Origin: Macrostomum lignano
Taxonomy: Eukaryota
Direction: 5' to 3'
Assembly (NCBI GenBank): GCA_002269645.1
Contig: NIVC01002654.1
Location: 88,711-152,710 of the forward strand
Length of the DNA stretch: 64,000 nucleotides
The position numbers and the translations under genes are program-made. Position 1 is the first letter of the stretch; each line of letters starts with the position of its first letter. Shown in pieces: positions 45,664-57,200 of the stretch. The notes beneath the pieces were generated by a model. That model was not told the origin of the DNA. It did not search any database and was given only the letters and a program-made list of their open reading frames with translations.

Positions 45664-47012
45664 GGGTACCTCTCATTTCGCCGATTCTCGTTTCGCCGAA
45701 TCTCATTTTGCAGATTCTCGTTTCGCCGAATCTCATTTTGCAGATTCTCGTTTCGCCGACATTATCATTTCGCCGATTCTCGTTTCGCCGAAATTAATTT
45801 CATAACCATCTGGACATTAGACCATAGACAACTACACTAATGCCAAGTGTGATTTGGATGTCTATGGCTTGAAAAAGAAAGTTAAAATTAAGAATTCTTC
45901 CTTCTGCATAATCCATGGTAAAAAGTCTATAGCCAGTGGTATATATGTATGGTATAGGAGGTTGTGAAATACAAAAATGCCGATTGAAATCGTTTCTGTT
46001 GGCTTTTCTGGTGAAATAAATAAGTGGTTTTATTGCATTGACTTCTGAATTGAATGAGTTAAAACTACGCTCGTAATGCTGGTAAGCTAACGAAATTAAG
46101 CTGCAAAAAGGCTACGATACTAGCGCAATATTACTATAGCTTTTTGCAGCCCATTTGGGCTTACGCGCATTGAATTTAATCCAAGATGTTTGTCAAAGTA
46201 ACGGAGCTTTTGTCTATGGTAGCAAGGCTGGCACAGCGGCATTTAATTTGGTCCAACAAGCATCAATTTGGTCCATTTAGTTCATTTGCAGCTCAGTCCC
46301 AGAATTGTGGACCATATGCTAGGCTGTTGAACGAATGTCATTGGCTTGTGATCGAAGCACTCGACGGAGGTGAACACCCAAAGGACATTGCAAGGTTGCT
46401 GAATGTAAAAGAAAAGGTGGTTTACAACATCCAGCAGCGCCTTGAAACTCTGCCGGCAGAGATTGCCTGCGAAAGGGTGGCAATCGCCAAGGAAAGTTGC
46501 TCGAGAGCCTCAGGTCAACTGCTACTCGATGCAGTGGAGACGAACCCTTTGTTGACGTTGCCGAAATGCAGCAGAAGTTGAGGGAACAGCTCCAGTTGGT
46601 TATCAGATTTTGACTATCAGCAGAGCTCTGAAAAAGCAACTGAAAATTGCTGGTAGAGACGCTGACATTCCAGCGGTGCGCAACAACCTGCAGACAGTTG
46701 AGAGAAGGCAAGAGTGTCCAATGGCTCACGAGTGTTTGGACCAAATTGATGCTTGTTGGACCAAATTAAATGCCGCTGCGCCAGCCTTGCTACCATAGAC
46801 AAAAGCTCTGTTACATTGGCAAACGTATCTTGGATTAAATTAAATGCGCGTAAGCCCAAATGGGCTGCAAAATGCTATATTACATTACTTTATTTTTCAA
46901 GCCATAGACATCTAAATCACATTTGCATTAGTGTAGTTGTCTATGGTCTAATGTCCAGATGGTTATTAAATTAATTTCGGCGAAACGAGAATCGGCGAAA
47001 TGAGAGGTACCC
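45664..47012. mobile_element. Foldback/MITE-like element with long inverted arms (45664-45883 / 46886-47012)
   Basis: GGGTACCTCTCATTTCGCCGATTCTCGTTTCGCCGAA...CCATCTGGACATTAGACCATAGACAACTACACTAATG is mirrored on the right. The left arm has extra internal tandem units. Confidence 0.8.
46134..46880 (+). mobile_element. Internally deleted Tc1/mariner-like element with ~145-bp TIRs, nested in the foldback element
   Basis: TIR TAGCTTTTTGCAGCCCATTTGGGCTTACGCGC... mirrored at about 46735-46878, flanked by TA. Internal GPYARL...IEALDGGEHPKDIARLLNVKEKVVYNIQQR resembles a Tc1 transposase N-terminal HTH. Confidence 0.78.
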
Positions 47013-48537
47013 GAATTGGATAGATAATAAAGGTGAAAAGCAGTCACGTGTTTAAATTTTTACATTGGTATGCCACTGGAATAATGTGGCTAAAACTATT
47101 GTCTGGGTCAATTAAAGTATAATTACGTGTACAAACGTAATTCATTCATCGACTCTAATTGTTTTAGGCGTTGGTTTGATTATTAAAAGATTTTGAATCA
47201 CCCTTATCATCTTATCTCGACTCGGCCCTCTGCGCGCATAATGAATGTACATCAATACTCACTGCCCAAGTAACCAATCAGTTCACCCAAGCCATTTCTC
47301 TCGTCCAATCAAATTCAATCGGTCACATTATCTACGAGTATAAGCTTCGGCAATCAAACAATCATATTATCGTACTACTTCGATAATTGAGTACGATACC
47401 CACGCACCCTATGAGATTATCCACACATGGAGATCTCACCTCAGAGATGACCCAGTCTTTTATATAGAATATCTTTAGGTGGGGACCTTATTTAGGATTT
47501 TCTAAGTGCCATTCTAAGTGAAAAAATGCCAAATATCAATTTTTTTCGTTGGTCTCTCATATTAAACTGAAAAAAAGTCTACGCGCGTATAGTTAAAAAA
47601 GTTACTCAGTTTTTTGCGCTAACAATTGAACAATAAATTAAAGCTATTTATTGTATAAAAGTGGGTTGCAGAGGCAATAGCCGTGATTTATAGCGTCGAC
47701 GCACAGCTGCCGCACCGCAATATTTTCTCTCAAAATCGTTGCTTTGGGAAAAAGAAAAAAATTGAGCAAAAATATGGGAAAAATGAGGGAATCCGCTGGC
47801 CGCTTCGTAAAAGTACAAATGTCAGAGCTCTGCAACTCCCACCCTAGCAAAGGAACGAATAAGGTAGGAGACTGAGATCGGCTGATGGAAATGAAATGCC
47901 TCCTGGGACCTGGGGCAGAGCGAGAGGTGCGGCAGAGATTGCCTCAACATCTCATTTCCGATTGCCAAATAACCAAATAAAAGAGAGGCAGTGGGTTCAG
48001 TGGAGCGCTGCCCCCCCCTCTCCAACTCTGCACAGCCTCCCGCGGCTGCCGATCCCAGATTCCCAATCACACCGCCATCAAATGAGGACATCAGTCGCGT
48101 GATTCGATAGCTCTATTGATGGTTGTGTGTAAGAGCCTCAAGCCTGTCAATCAAGCCTGTAACACGGAATGTAACAGCCTCGAACCTGTAACACAAGCTT
48201 AGATACGGTACATTGTAAATACTGTAAAGCACTGTAAGATACTGTAAAACACTGTAAAACAAAATCGGACTCTCAAAGACCGAATATCCTAATTTTTGGC
48301 CAACCATTCCTCGTAAGAGGCACTCAAACGGATTGAGTCAACCAGAGGGTCGCCAGCACAGTAAAGTTAAGCATAGTTGGCCGCGGTTAGTGCATCAGTC
48401 AAAATGGCTTTCATTCTTCCATCAGAAACAAAGCGTCCCTTCTTACTTCTTTATTCATCCTGACTGGGTAAGCAATAACCTATTCTTTGTAAACTAAGCT
48501 AAAAACGTTCTCAATATTTTAGCCAGGCAAAACTCTC

Positions 48538-49806
48538 ATGGCGTTGAAACGCTGCGACCGCCTATGCAATGTTCACGGCCTGGCCAAGCTCATCTTCCTG
48601 GCCTGCATCACTCTCATCACCTGTGGCGTAATTGTTGGCACAATCCTGGTGCCGCTGATCATCCTGCCGTACTCCAGAGAGAGCCGCTTCGCCGACGCCA
48701 ACTGCACCTATCTGACCGAGCACCTCATCGCCAAGCTGCCCTGCGAGAGCAAGTGCAGCAAAGACAAGAGCAGCTTCCCCTGCTACAGCATTCGGGTCAG
48801 CATCAGCCAGACCAATCAAACCGGGATGCTGTACGAGAACTTCATCACGTTTTCTGAGCGACACGACGAGCCGGTAAGAACTGTGGTCTAGATAATTTTA
48901 TTTTGCTGGAGCCGGTGCAACATTTTGATAGAAGATGTGCAACCGACAGCTCAGCCGCAGCTATTGCGCGGCGCATCTGAAGGCTGCGTACGGCTGTTCA
49001 GTCGAAGGATTGGGGGGTCGCCAACCACACCATCAATTACCCCAGCTAATGCTGGCACCCATTTTACAGCTGGTTGAACTGAAGCAATGCAGAGTTAAAT
49101 GTACATGTATTTCTCAAGGACACAAATTTTGGCGAGTGGATCGAGAATCGAACCCCCGACCTTTCATTCGCGAGTCCGACGCTCTAACCACTAGGCTACA
49201 ACCCCATTTGTAAGGATTTTATCGTAACACTAATACTTCGTCAGCGGAGTCAGCGGAATGGGCAGAATTGCCGTCAGCGATGGTTGTGTGCGCAGCCCTC
49301 CAGCGGACATAACAATAATTATGTTTACTACTAGTAATATAATAATTTATCGATTCACAAGTTTACCTACCTACAGTTTAGAGACCAGGTGGTAACCAAA
49401 TGTCAAGCCAAGTGACCAATCTCTGACACACACTGAAGTTTTTTCCTGAAATTCGGATTCTCTTCGGCGCGCGTGTTCCCTGACTTCTGTCGTCTCATTC
49501 CCCTGTCAGATCAATCAGTGCGGCACCGCTCCCTGCCTGTCGCAGGCGGCCGAGAACGTCGCCATGACAACCAGATTTATCAGGACCCTGCGCAAGAGCC
49601 GCAGCTTCCCTTGCCACTACCAGCCGGCTTCGAAGCCCGGCGGCCCGACCCCAGTGCTGCTGCACCGCATCTTCTCCAGGCGGCAGGCGACTCACTGCAT
49701 CATCTGGCCGGCTGTGGCGGTGGCCGCCGGCCTGTCGCTGCTGGTGAGCACCTATTACTGCGCCGGCTGCACGGTGTGGACGCAGGACAAAACTGTCATA
49801 GCCTGA
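48538..49806 (+). CDS. BK channel beta subunit / TipE-like two-TM protein, paralog 2
   Basis: Exons 48538-48873 and 49510 (or 49519)-49806. TM1, PYSRESRFADANC, SSFPCYSIRVS, FPCHY, HCIIWPAVAVAAGLSLLV TM2. Confidence 0.8.
48935..49206 (-). mobile_element. SINE family A copy in the intron of paralog 2
   Basis: Near-identical to 18151-18423; clear GGTTCGATTCT B-box on the minus strand. Confidence 0.87.
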
Positions 49807-50607
49807 CGGAGTTCTGCTATGCCCAAAAATGTATTAACAGCCACTACTGAGGAATACAGGGGTGGGTGCACTGCCAGGTTAATGAGGGCTAGATCCCCTA
49901 GGCTTGGCTTGGCTTTTCGCGAGTGTCAGACCGTCGTCAATCTGAGAGAGAGAAAGCCATGCACCAACCTGCAGATTCTGTCACAAAAGACAGACCGATA
50001 AGCTACTCGTGCGATCTCATTAGGAAGTCTTGATTTAGTCTTGATTGCACGTCTCTTTCTCAAAGCTGTCCCAAGCTTTAAGGTTGATCTTTTATTAGTT
50101 TCTATCATTCTCATGCAGATGCACTTTTTCAAGGACTTTTTGGCGATGTATCTGTTTAAGAAATGTTGTTATTAAGCCTGGCAGCCCGAACTAGCTGTAG
50201 TATTGTAATTTATCACTTTGCTTATTCCATCATAGATAAGATTCCTGTGCAATATTTTATTCGATAAATTTTCCCAAAGTGATTTTATTCTTTCATTTAC
50301 GAATAATTAATATAAATATACAATTATATAATTGCAAAACTCGAGAACAAAGGATCAAAACGACTTCTGACACGTCAAAAGTTTGAAACGAAACGACATT
50401 CTTAAGCGTTAGACGGCTTCAATTTATTTTAATGAACTTCAACTTTTTGATGGGATGAAAAAATGAGCATTTTTGTGGTTGAAATAAATCAGCAAAAAAT
50501 GCTTGAACCGCATTTGGCTTGAAAAAAAATAGAAAAATGAAATTAACTGGTCATCCGGTTTTTCTGGTCGCCATGGGTTTAATTAGTTACTCAGTAGGCA
50601 ACCGTGC

Positions 50608-52063
50608 TCAAGTCAGCGGCTGAGTAATCCGCACAATGCCGGCTGTCTGCAGGAAGTTGGTGCAGTTGAACTGCAGGGTGGAGTTGTCCATGAGCACCGG
50701 GTGGCACGCGTAGCGCATGAAGTCCGGCAGCAGGTCCTCCATCTCGAGGACGGCTCGCACGATTCTGTCCCAGCTGGCGGCCCGCACGATGACCACACGC
50801 CTGGGCAATGACTTGTACAGCTCCAGGCTGCCCAGGCTGATGCGCGCCTGCGTATTGTGCGCGGGCAGATTGTGCAGAGATTGTGGTTACTCTCCGTGAA
50901 TAAGATACGAGTATCCGAATTTTGATAAATCCTATACTTGCTCCATCGAAAAGGATCGATGTTCCATTTCGGACATTAAAACGGTAAAAGAAACTGTTGG
51001 GTACACTACTTAGAAGTAGTAAGAAATGATTTTTGACGCTTCAGGCTGGTAGATGAAATGAGCTTCAACCGATTGCTGCTGGACAGCGTGCTGGATAGTT
51101 AGCTAGCAAGTTGTAGCCTAGATGGGGATGTAGCCTCACGTCGGGGGTTCGATTCCCGATCCTACTGGAACAATATGTGTCCTTGAGCAAGACATTTAAC
51201 TCTGCATTGCTTCGGTTCAACCAGCTGTAAATGGGTGCCAGCATTAGCTGGGGTAATTGAGGCTGTGTGTGGCGACCCCCAGTCCTTGGACTGAACAGCC
51301 GTACGCAGCCTTCAGATTCACCGCGCAATAGCTGCGGCTGAGCTGTCGGTTGCACATCTAGCGAAATTGGGGCCTGTGTAGTCAATTACGAGCGTATTAT
51401 TATTATCTAGCAAGTCAAAGGGGGCAGTAAAATCCAGGCCAACGAAGAGGCAAGCAGTCACATCCGCTCCTCGGTGACCCCTGGCAATCATTTTCTAGGT
51501 TAATCGCGAGTTTGAATCTGTATAACTATTAATTTCAAGGATTAGTACAGAATACACTTCTCGTAATACGAACAGTTAAGGATCTTTTTATGATTATAAG
51601 ATGTTCCGGCTCAACTCCAGGTGAGGGACTCAGGACCTGCTCAACTCCAGGTGACGGACTCAGGACCTGCTCAACTCCAGGTGAGGGACTCAGGACCTGC
51701 TCAACTCCATCCAGGTGAGGGACTCAGGACTCAGGACCTGCTCACCCCTGATTTGTTCATGATGACCAGAAGTCGCCTATCGGTAGCGAACCGCTTGTCC
51801 AAGTCCATGAACGGCGCCATCAGACGGTCTACCTCGGAGCTGTACAGATAGACGTAGAACCAATAGTGCACTCGAAAGTCGGTGGTATCCGTTGGCTGAG
51901 ACGGCTGCAGGCTGCGGTAGGGAAACGGCAGGCAGCCAGGCTTGGTCAGAACTCTGGTCTGTTCGGCCTTGTCCGCGTTGCCATTCTCCGTGTTCAACGA
52001 CTTTGGATCGGCTAAGCGGTTCCTCTGCAGCCGGGCTCGGCGAGGCGTCTTTTCCTGCGACAT
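50608..52063 (-). CDS. Uncharacterised two-exon protein (about 185 aa)
   Basis: Exons 52063-51746 and 50847-50608, joined by GTGAGC donor and CGCAG acceptor in phase 0. GC3-rich coding-like composition. No family recognised; further upstream exons are possible. Confidence 0.65.
51110..51360 (+). mobile_element. SINE family A copy (opposite orientation)
   Basis: GTTGTAGCCTAG...GGGGGTTCGATTCCCGATCC...GTGTCCTTGAGCAAGACATTTAACTCTGC. Confidence 0.85.
51615..51745 (+). repeat. 30-bp repeat (GTGAGGGACTCAGGACCTGCTCAACTCCAG), array 1
   Basis: Visible units abutting the splice donor at 51745. Confidence 0.9.
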
Positions 52064-52559
52064 TGGCTTTATGCTCTATTTGGTGTATAAATATTTATAC
52101 TATATAGCTGGCCTGACGTGCCCCAGCTGATCCTTTCACTGCGACTGTTGTTAGCCTAAAGCGTCTTCAAACCATGGACGTAGGAAAGAACTTGACCGTT
52201 AGAAGTTTGAGCTTACCTAGGAAATGCCATAGACATTTACATGTATAGCTGTCGCTCACACTCTGCCAGCTGCTTATTAATTCGGATATGTATTCATGTA
52301 TGTATTCATTATGTATTCATATTCGGATATGTATTATGTATTCATGTCGTAAAACTTTTTACCATAGACAACTCATAAACGTCTGGGGGGGAGAGAGAGT
52401 CAGAGTTTATACACAGAGCATAAAAGTGCAATCAAAGTTGGCCGGACAGGTGGAGAATGTATACCGTATTTCTTATAAGTTTCGGCAGTCTTTTTCGGCT
52501 GTCTGGGTGGAAATATTCTACAGTTCTTTTCAATTTTTATAAAATCTCCCAAAGGCGTG

Positions 52560-53170
52560 GGTTGAGCAGATCCTGAGTCTCTCACCTGCAGTTGAGCAGG
52601 TCCTGAGTCGCTCATCTGCAGTTGAGCAGATCCTGAGTCTCTCACCTGCAGTTGAGCAGGTCCTGAGTCGCTCATCTGCAGTTGAGCAGATCCTGAGTCT
52701 CTCACCTGCAGTTGAGCAGGTCCTGAGTCCCGCATCTGGAGTTGAGAAGGTCCTGAGTCGCTCATCTGCAGTTGAGCAGATCCTGAGTCTCTCACCTGCA
52801 GTTGAGCAGGTCCTGAGTCGCTCATCTGCAGTTGAGAAGGTCCTGAGTCGCTCATCTGCAGTTGAGCAGATCCTGAGTCCCGCATCTGGAGTTGAGAAGG
52901 TCCTAAGTCCCTCATCTGGAGTTGAGAAGGTCCTAAGTCCCTCATCCGGAGTTGAGAAGGTCCTAAGTCCCTCATCCGGAGTTGAGAAGGTCCTGAGTCC
53001 CTCATCCGGAGTTGAGAAGGTCCTGAGTCCCTCATCCGGAGTTGAGAAGGTCCTGAGTCCCTCATCCGGAGTTGAGAAGGTCCTGAGTCCCTCATCCGGA
53101 GTTGAGAAGGTCCTAAGTCCCTCATCTGGAGTTGAGAAGGTCCTGAGTCCCTCATCCGGAGTTGAGCAGG
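52560..53170 (-). repeat. 30-bp repeat, array 2 (inverted orientation)
   Basis: GTTGAGCAGGTCCTGAGTCCCTCATCTGCA is the reverse complement of the unit in arrays 1 and 3. Confidence 0.95.
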
Positions 53171-53214
53171 AGTAGTGGAATGAGGTGTCACTGGAGTGTC
53201 AGAAAGGAAAGTGT

Positions 53215-53345
53215 CAAAAACTGTGGTGTCAAAAGGGAGGTGTCAGAATGGGAGGTGTCAAAATGGGAGGTGTCAGAATGGAAGGTGTCAGTATGGGAGG
53301 TGTCAGAACGGGAGGTGTCAGAACGAGAGGTGTCAGACGGAAGAG
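53215..53345. repeat. 15-bp repeat (GGGAGGTGTCAGAAT)n
   Basis: Visible units. Confidence 0.85.
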
Positions 53346-53819
53346 TTGACAAAAAGAAAGTTGCTGTGTCTATAGATACCTTTGTGACTACTGGTTGAAC
53401 TAGGGCAGTCTATGTTTTCAAAAATGTGAAGCATTAAAATGACTCTGAATTTTTAAAAGTAATAGAACAAAACTGATACAAACTTTTCTGACAACAACGG
53501 AGGCAGTTAATTTTATAAGCATTGTCGATTTCAAAACGGAATATATTTAATAAATAACAATTTTTATTTAGACGCTCAACTCCGATAACATGCGGGCTGG
53601 AGGTGCTTCATCTCAAACAGAAAAAAAACGGTGCGTCCATTCTCTTTCAAAGAATTCAAAAAACACCTTATAGTGCACAGTCTAACAAAAATTTACAACG
53701 CACAGAGGCAATGTTATGAGAAATGAGTGGAGCAGGATGAACTGTTTCTTAGGAAAAGCAACGGCTTAAAGGATAACACCCTGGCAGTACTGCCGTGGAC
53801 AGCGAAAGTATAAGGGTGC

Positions 53820-54015
53820 CTGCACTGAGCATCTCACCCTGCACTGAGCATCTCACCCTGCACTGAGTATCTCACCCTGCACTGAGCATCTCACCCTGCA
53901 CTGAGCATCTCACCCTGCACTGAGCATCTCACCCTGCACTGAGTATCTCACCCTGCACTGAGTATCTCACCCTGCAATGAGTATCTCACCCTGCAATGAG
54001 TATCTCACCCTGCGC
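53820..54015. repeat. 19-bp repeat (TGCACTGAGCATCTCACCC)n
   Basis: Visible units. Confidence 0.93.
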
Positions 54016-54286
54016 TGAGAAAGTTATTGCGCTGAAAATAGAAAAAAATTGTATTTCAAAAGCGATGAATCGATGGTAATGTTTCGGGTGTTGCGTCCTT
54101 CTGCTTTGGTTGTCCGCGAGTTGCTACTGCTAATAAAATTCATAAGTAGTATACATATTTACTATAAGAATAATTAGAGCTAAACTTTACAGTTATAAAG
54201 ATCCGGCCACCAGCTGCCACCTCGCATGTGACTTTACTCGCATTGCATATGCTCATTCAAAAATGTCCACAGGCCATAGCAACGGG

Positions 54287-57200
54287 TCATCGGGAAGCTG
54301 CGGCGAAGGTCAACCCGTCATCTCGGCGAACCTCCGGCTCCGGCTCGGGCAGAGACGCACCCGATTCTTCGTTGGCTTCACGCAGTCCAGCCTCCTCGCG
54401 ATCGGCTTCATCGTCCTCTCCGAGTTCCTGCTCCTCCTCATAGTCTGCGTCGGCATCACAGGCGTATTTGCCGAGCTCTGCCGAGTCGGCGGCGAACAGG
54501 CTCTGGTAGGCGCCAACGAGCTGCTGGAACAGCGGCTGCTGCTGTGAGCTGTCGGCCTCGCTGTGAGCCAGAGTCGCAGTCTCCACAACGTGGCACCAAG
54601 GCGCCGAGGCTGCAGCGGCGGCAGCAGCGGCCGCGGCGGCTGCGGCAGCGGCTGAATAGGCCGACTGAGCATCCTGCTGCTGCTGCTGATGCTGTTGCTG
54701 AGAATGATGAAGATGGCTAGGATGCTGCAGATGATGCTGGCCGCCAAGGTGCTGTCTCGGATCGTGTCTGACAGGCGATGACGCAATCATTGGTATGCCG
54801 TTCAGAGTGCGCTGGGGAGAGGTAAGACAAGCTTTCCATGCATTTTGTTTATTGCAGTTAAATATGACGCTATCATGTTAAATCTTCTCAGTTCCCGGTT
54901 AAGGACTCAGGATCTGCCCGAATTCAGATGAAGGCCTCAGGATCTGCTCAACTGCAGGTAAGAGACTCAGGATCTGCTCAACTGCATGTGAGGGACTCAG
55001 GACCTGCTCAGCTCCCGGTGAGGGACTCAGGACCTACTCAACTGCGGGTGAGGAACTCAGGATCTGCTCAAATTCAGGTGAGGGACTCAGGATCTGCTCA
55101 ACTTCAGATGAGGAACTCAGGATCTGCTCAACTGCAGGTGAGGGACTCAGGACCTGCTCAACTGCATGTGAGGGACTCAGGACCTGCTCAACTTCAGATG
55201 AGGAACTCAGGATCTGCTCAACTGCAGGTGAGGGACTCAGGACCTACTCAACTGCGGGTGAGGAACTCGGGATCTGCTCAAATTCAGGTGAGGGACTCAG
55301 GATCTGCTCAACTTCAGATGAGGAACTCAGGATCTGCTCAACTGCAGGTGAGGGACTCAGGACCTGCTCAACTGCATGTGAGGGACTCAGGACCTGCTCA
55401 ACTTCAGATGAGGAACTCAGGATCTGCTCAACTGCATGTGAGGGACTCAGGACCTACTCAACTGCGGGTGAGGAACTCAGGATCTGCTCAAATTCAGGTG
55501 AGGGACTCAGGATCTGCTCAACTTCAGATGAGGAACTCAGGATCTGCTCAACTGCAGGTGAGGGACTCAGGACCTGCTCAACTGCATGTGAGGGACTCAG
55601 GACCTGCTCAACTTCAGATGAGGAACTCAGGATCTGCTCAACTGCAGGTGAGGGACTCAGGACCTGCTCAACTGCGGGTGAGGGACTCAGGACCTGCTCA
55701 ACTGCATGTGAGGGACTCAGGACCTGCTCAGCTCCCCGGTAAGAGACTCAGGATCTGCTCAACTGCGGGTGAGGGACTCAGGACCTGCTCAACTGCATGT
55801 GAGGGACTCAGGACCTGCTCAGCTCCCCGGTAAGAGACTCAGGATCTGCTCAACTCCCGGTGAGAGACTCAGGCTGCACTCCCGCACACTGAAAGCAGGT
55901 GCACTAGCCGGTCGCTGCGCAATTGTTGGTGGTGGAGTCAAAATTCGGGGGGGGGGCAATAATAGTGAGGGCTTGGGCGAGCGTAACTAGAAAAAGATTA
56001 GCGACCGCGTCTCTTGGTCTCTTCCGGCACTGCCAGGGGTCTTGTTTGGTCAGGCCTTGCCAAACGCCTCCTTCCGCCGTCGCCCCCCCCCTCAAATCAG
56101 CCCGGCTGCTGCGGTTTCTGGGATCTGCTGCGACCCCCCCCCCCTCGGGCTAGTGGGTGGACTCAAACAAGCTGGCTGGGGAACACGGCATAGAATCCCA
56201 TTATTCAGCTATTTCAGTCGGCCAGGTGTTTACGCAGCTGAGATCTCATCCTCAGGGGGGCGTGGAGCTGCACTGTGGATTTCTGCTGCTTCTGGTTCGG
56301 CAACCTCGGGGTGGACAATTTCACTGCACCTAAGCCGACCTGCACACTGCTTGTCACTCTGTCTGTCTGCCAGTACGTAAATCAATTTTTAACTGCTATT
56401 TGGTTTTGCTATTGACGTCTCATTTCTATTAAGTTGTTCTCAGAGGAGAGTTTCCCGCCATTAGAAAGGAATGAATGAATAGAATGGATTGCTAATCTAG
56501 CCAACATCACGGATGCAGGAATAGAATGGATTGCTAATCTAGCCAACATCACGGATGCAGGAATAGAATGGATTGCTAATCTAGCCAACATCACGGATGC
56601 AGGAATAGAATGGATTGCTAATCTAGCCAACATCACGGATGCAGGAATAGAATGGATTGCTAATCTAGCCAACATCACGGATGCAGGAATAGAATGGATT
56701 GCTAATCTAGCCAACATCACGGATGCAGGAATGGAATGGATTGCTAATCTAGCCAACATCACGGATGCAGGAATAGAATGGATTGCTAATCTAGCTAACA
56801 TCACGGATGCAGGAATAGAATGGATTGCTAATCTAGCCAACATCACGGATGCAGGAATGGAATGGATTGCTAATCTAGCCAACATCACGGATGCAGGAAT
56901 AGAATGGATTGCTAATCTAGCCAACATCACGGATGCAGGAATAGAATGGATTTGCTAATCTGTCTTATAAATAATGAACAAAAAAGATTACCTTCTGATA
57001 GACATCCTCACCTTCTGCTGCTGGTGCTCCATCTGTTTCATGAGCAGCTGTTTCTTCTTGTCCTTGCACCGCTTGTTCTGAAACCAGACCCTGATGACTC
57101 GCGGGCTCAGGCCGGTCATCTCCACCAGCTGCTCCTTCATCAGCGCGTCCGGCCGAGGATTGGCCGCGTAGCAGGTGCGCAGCGTGTGCAGCTGCTTCTC

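Noticed and set aside
49130-49206. tRNA-like sequence with A/B boxes
   Set aside because: It is the head of a dispersed SINE with no complete cloverleaf, not a tRNA gene.
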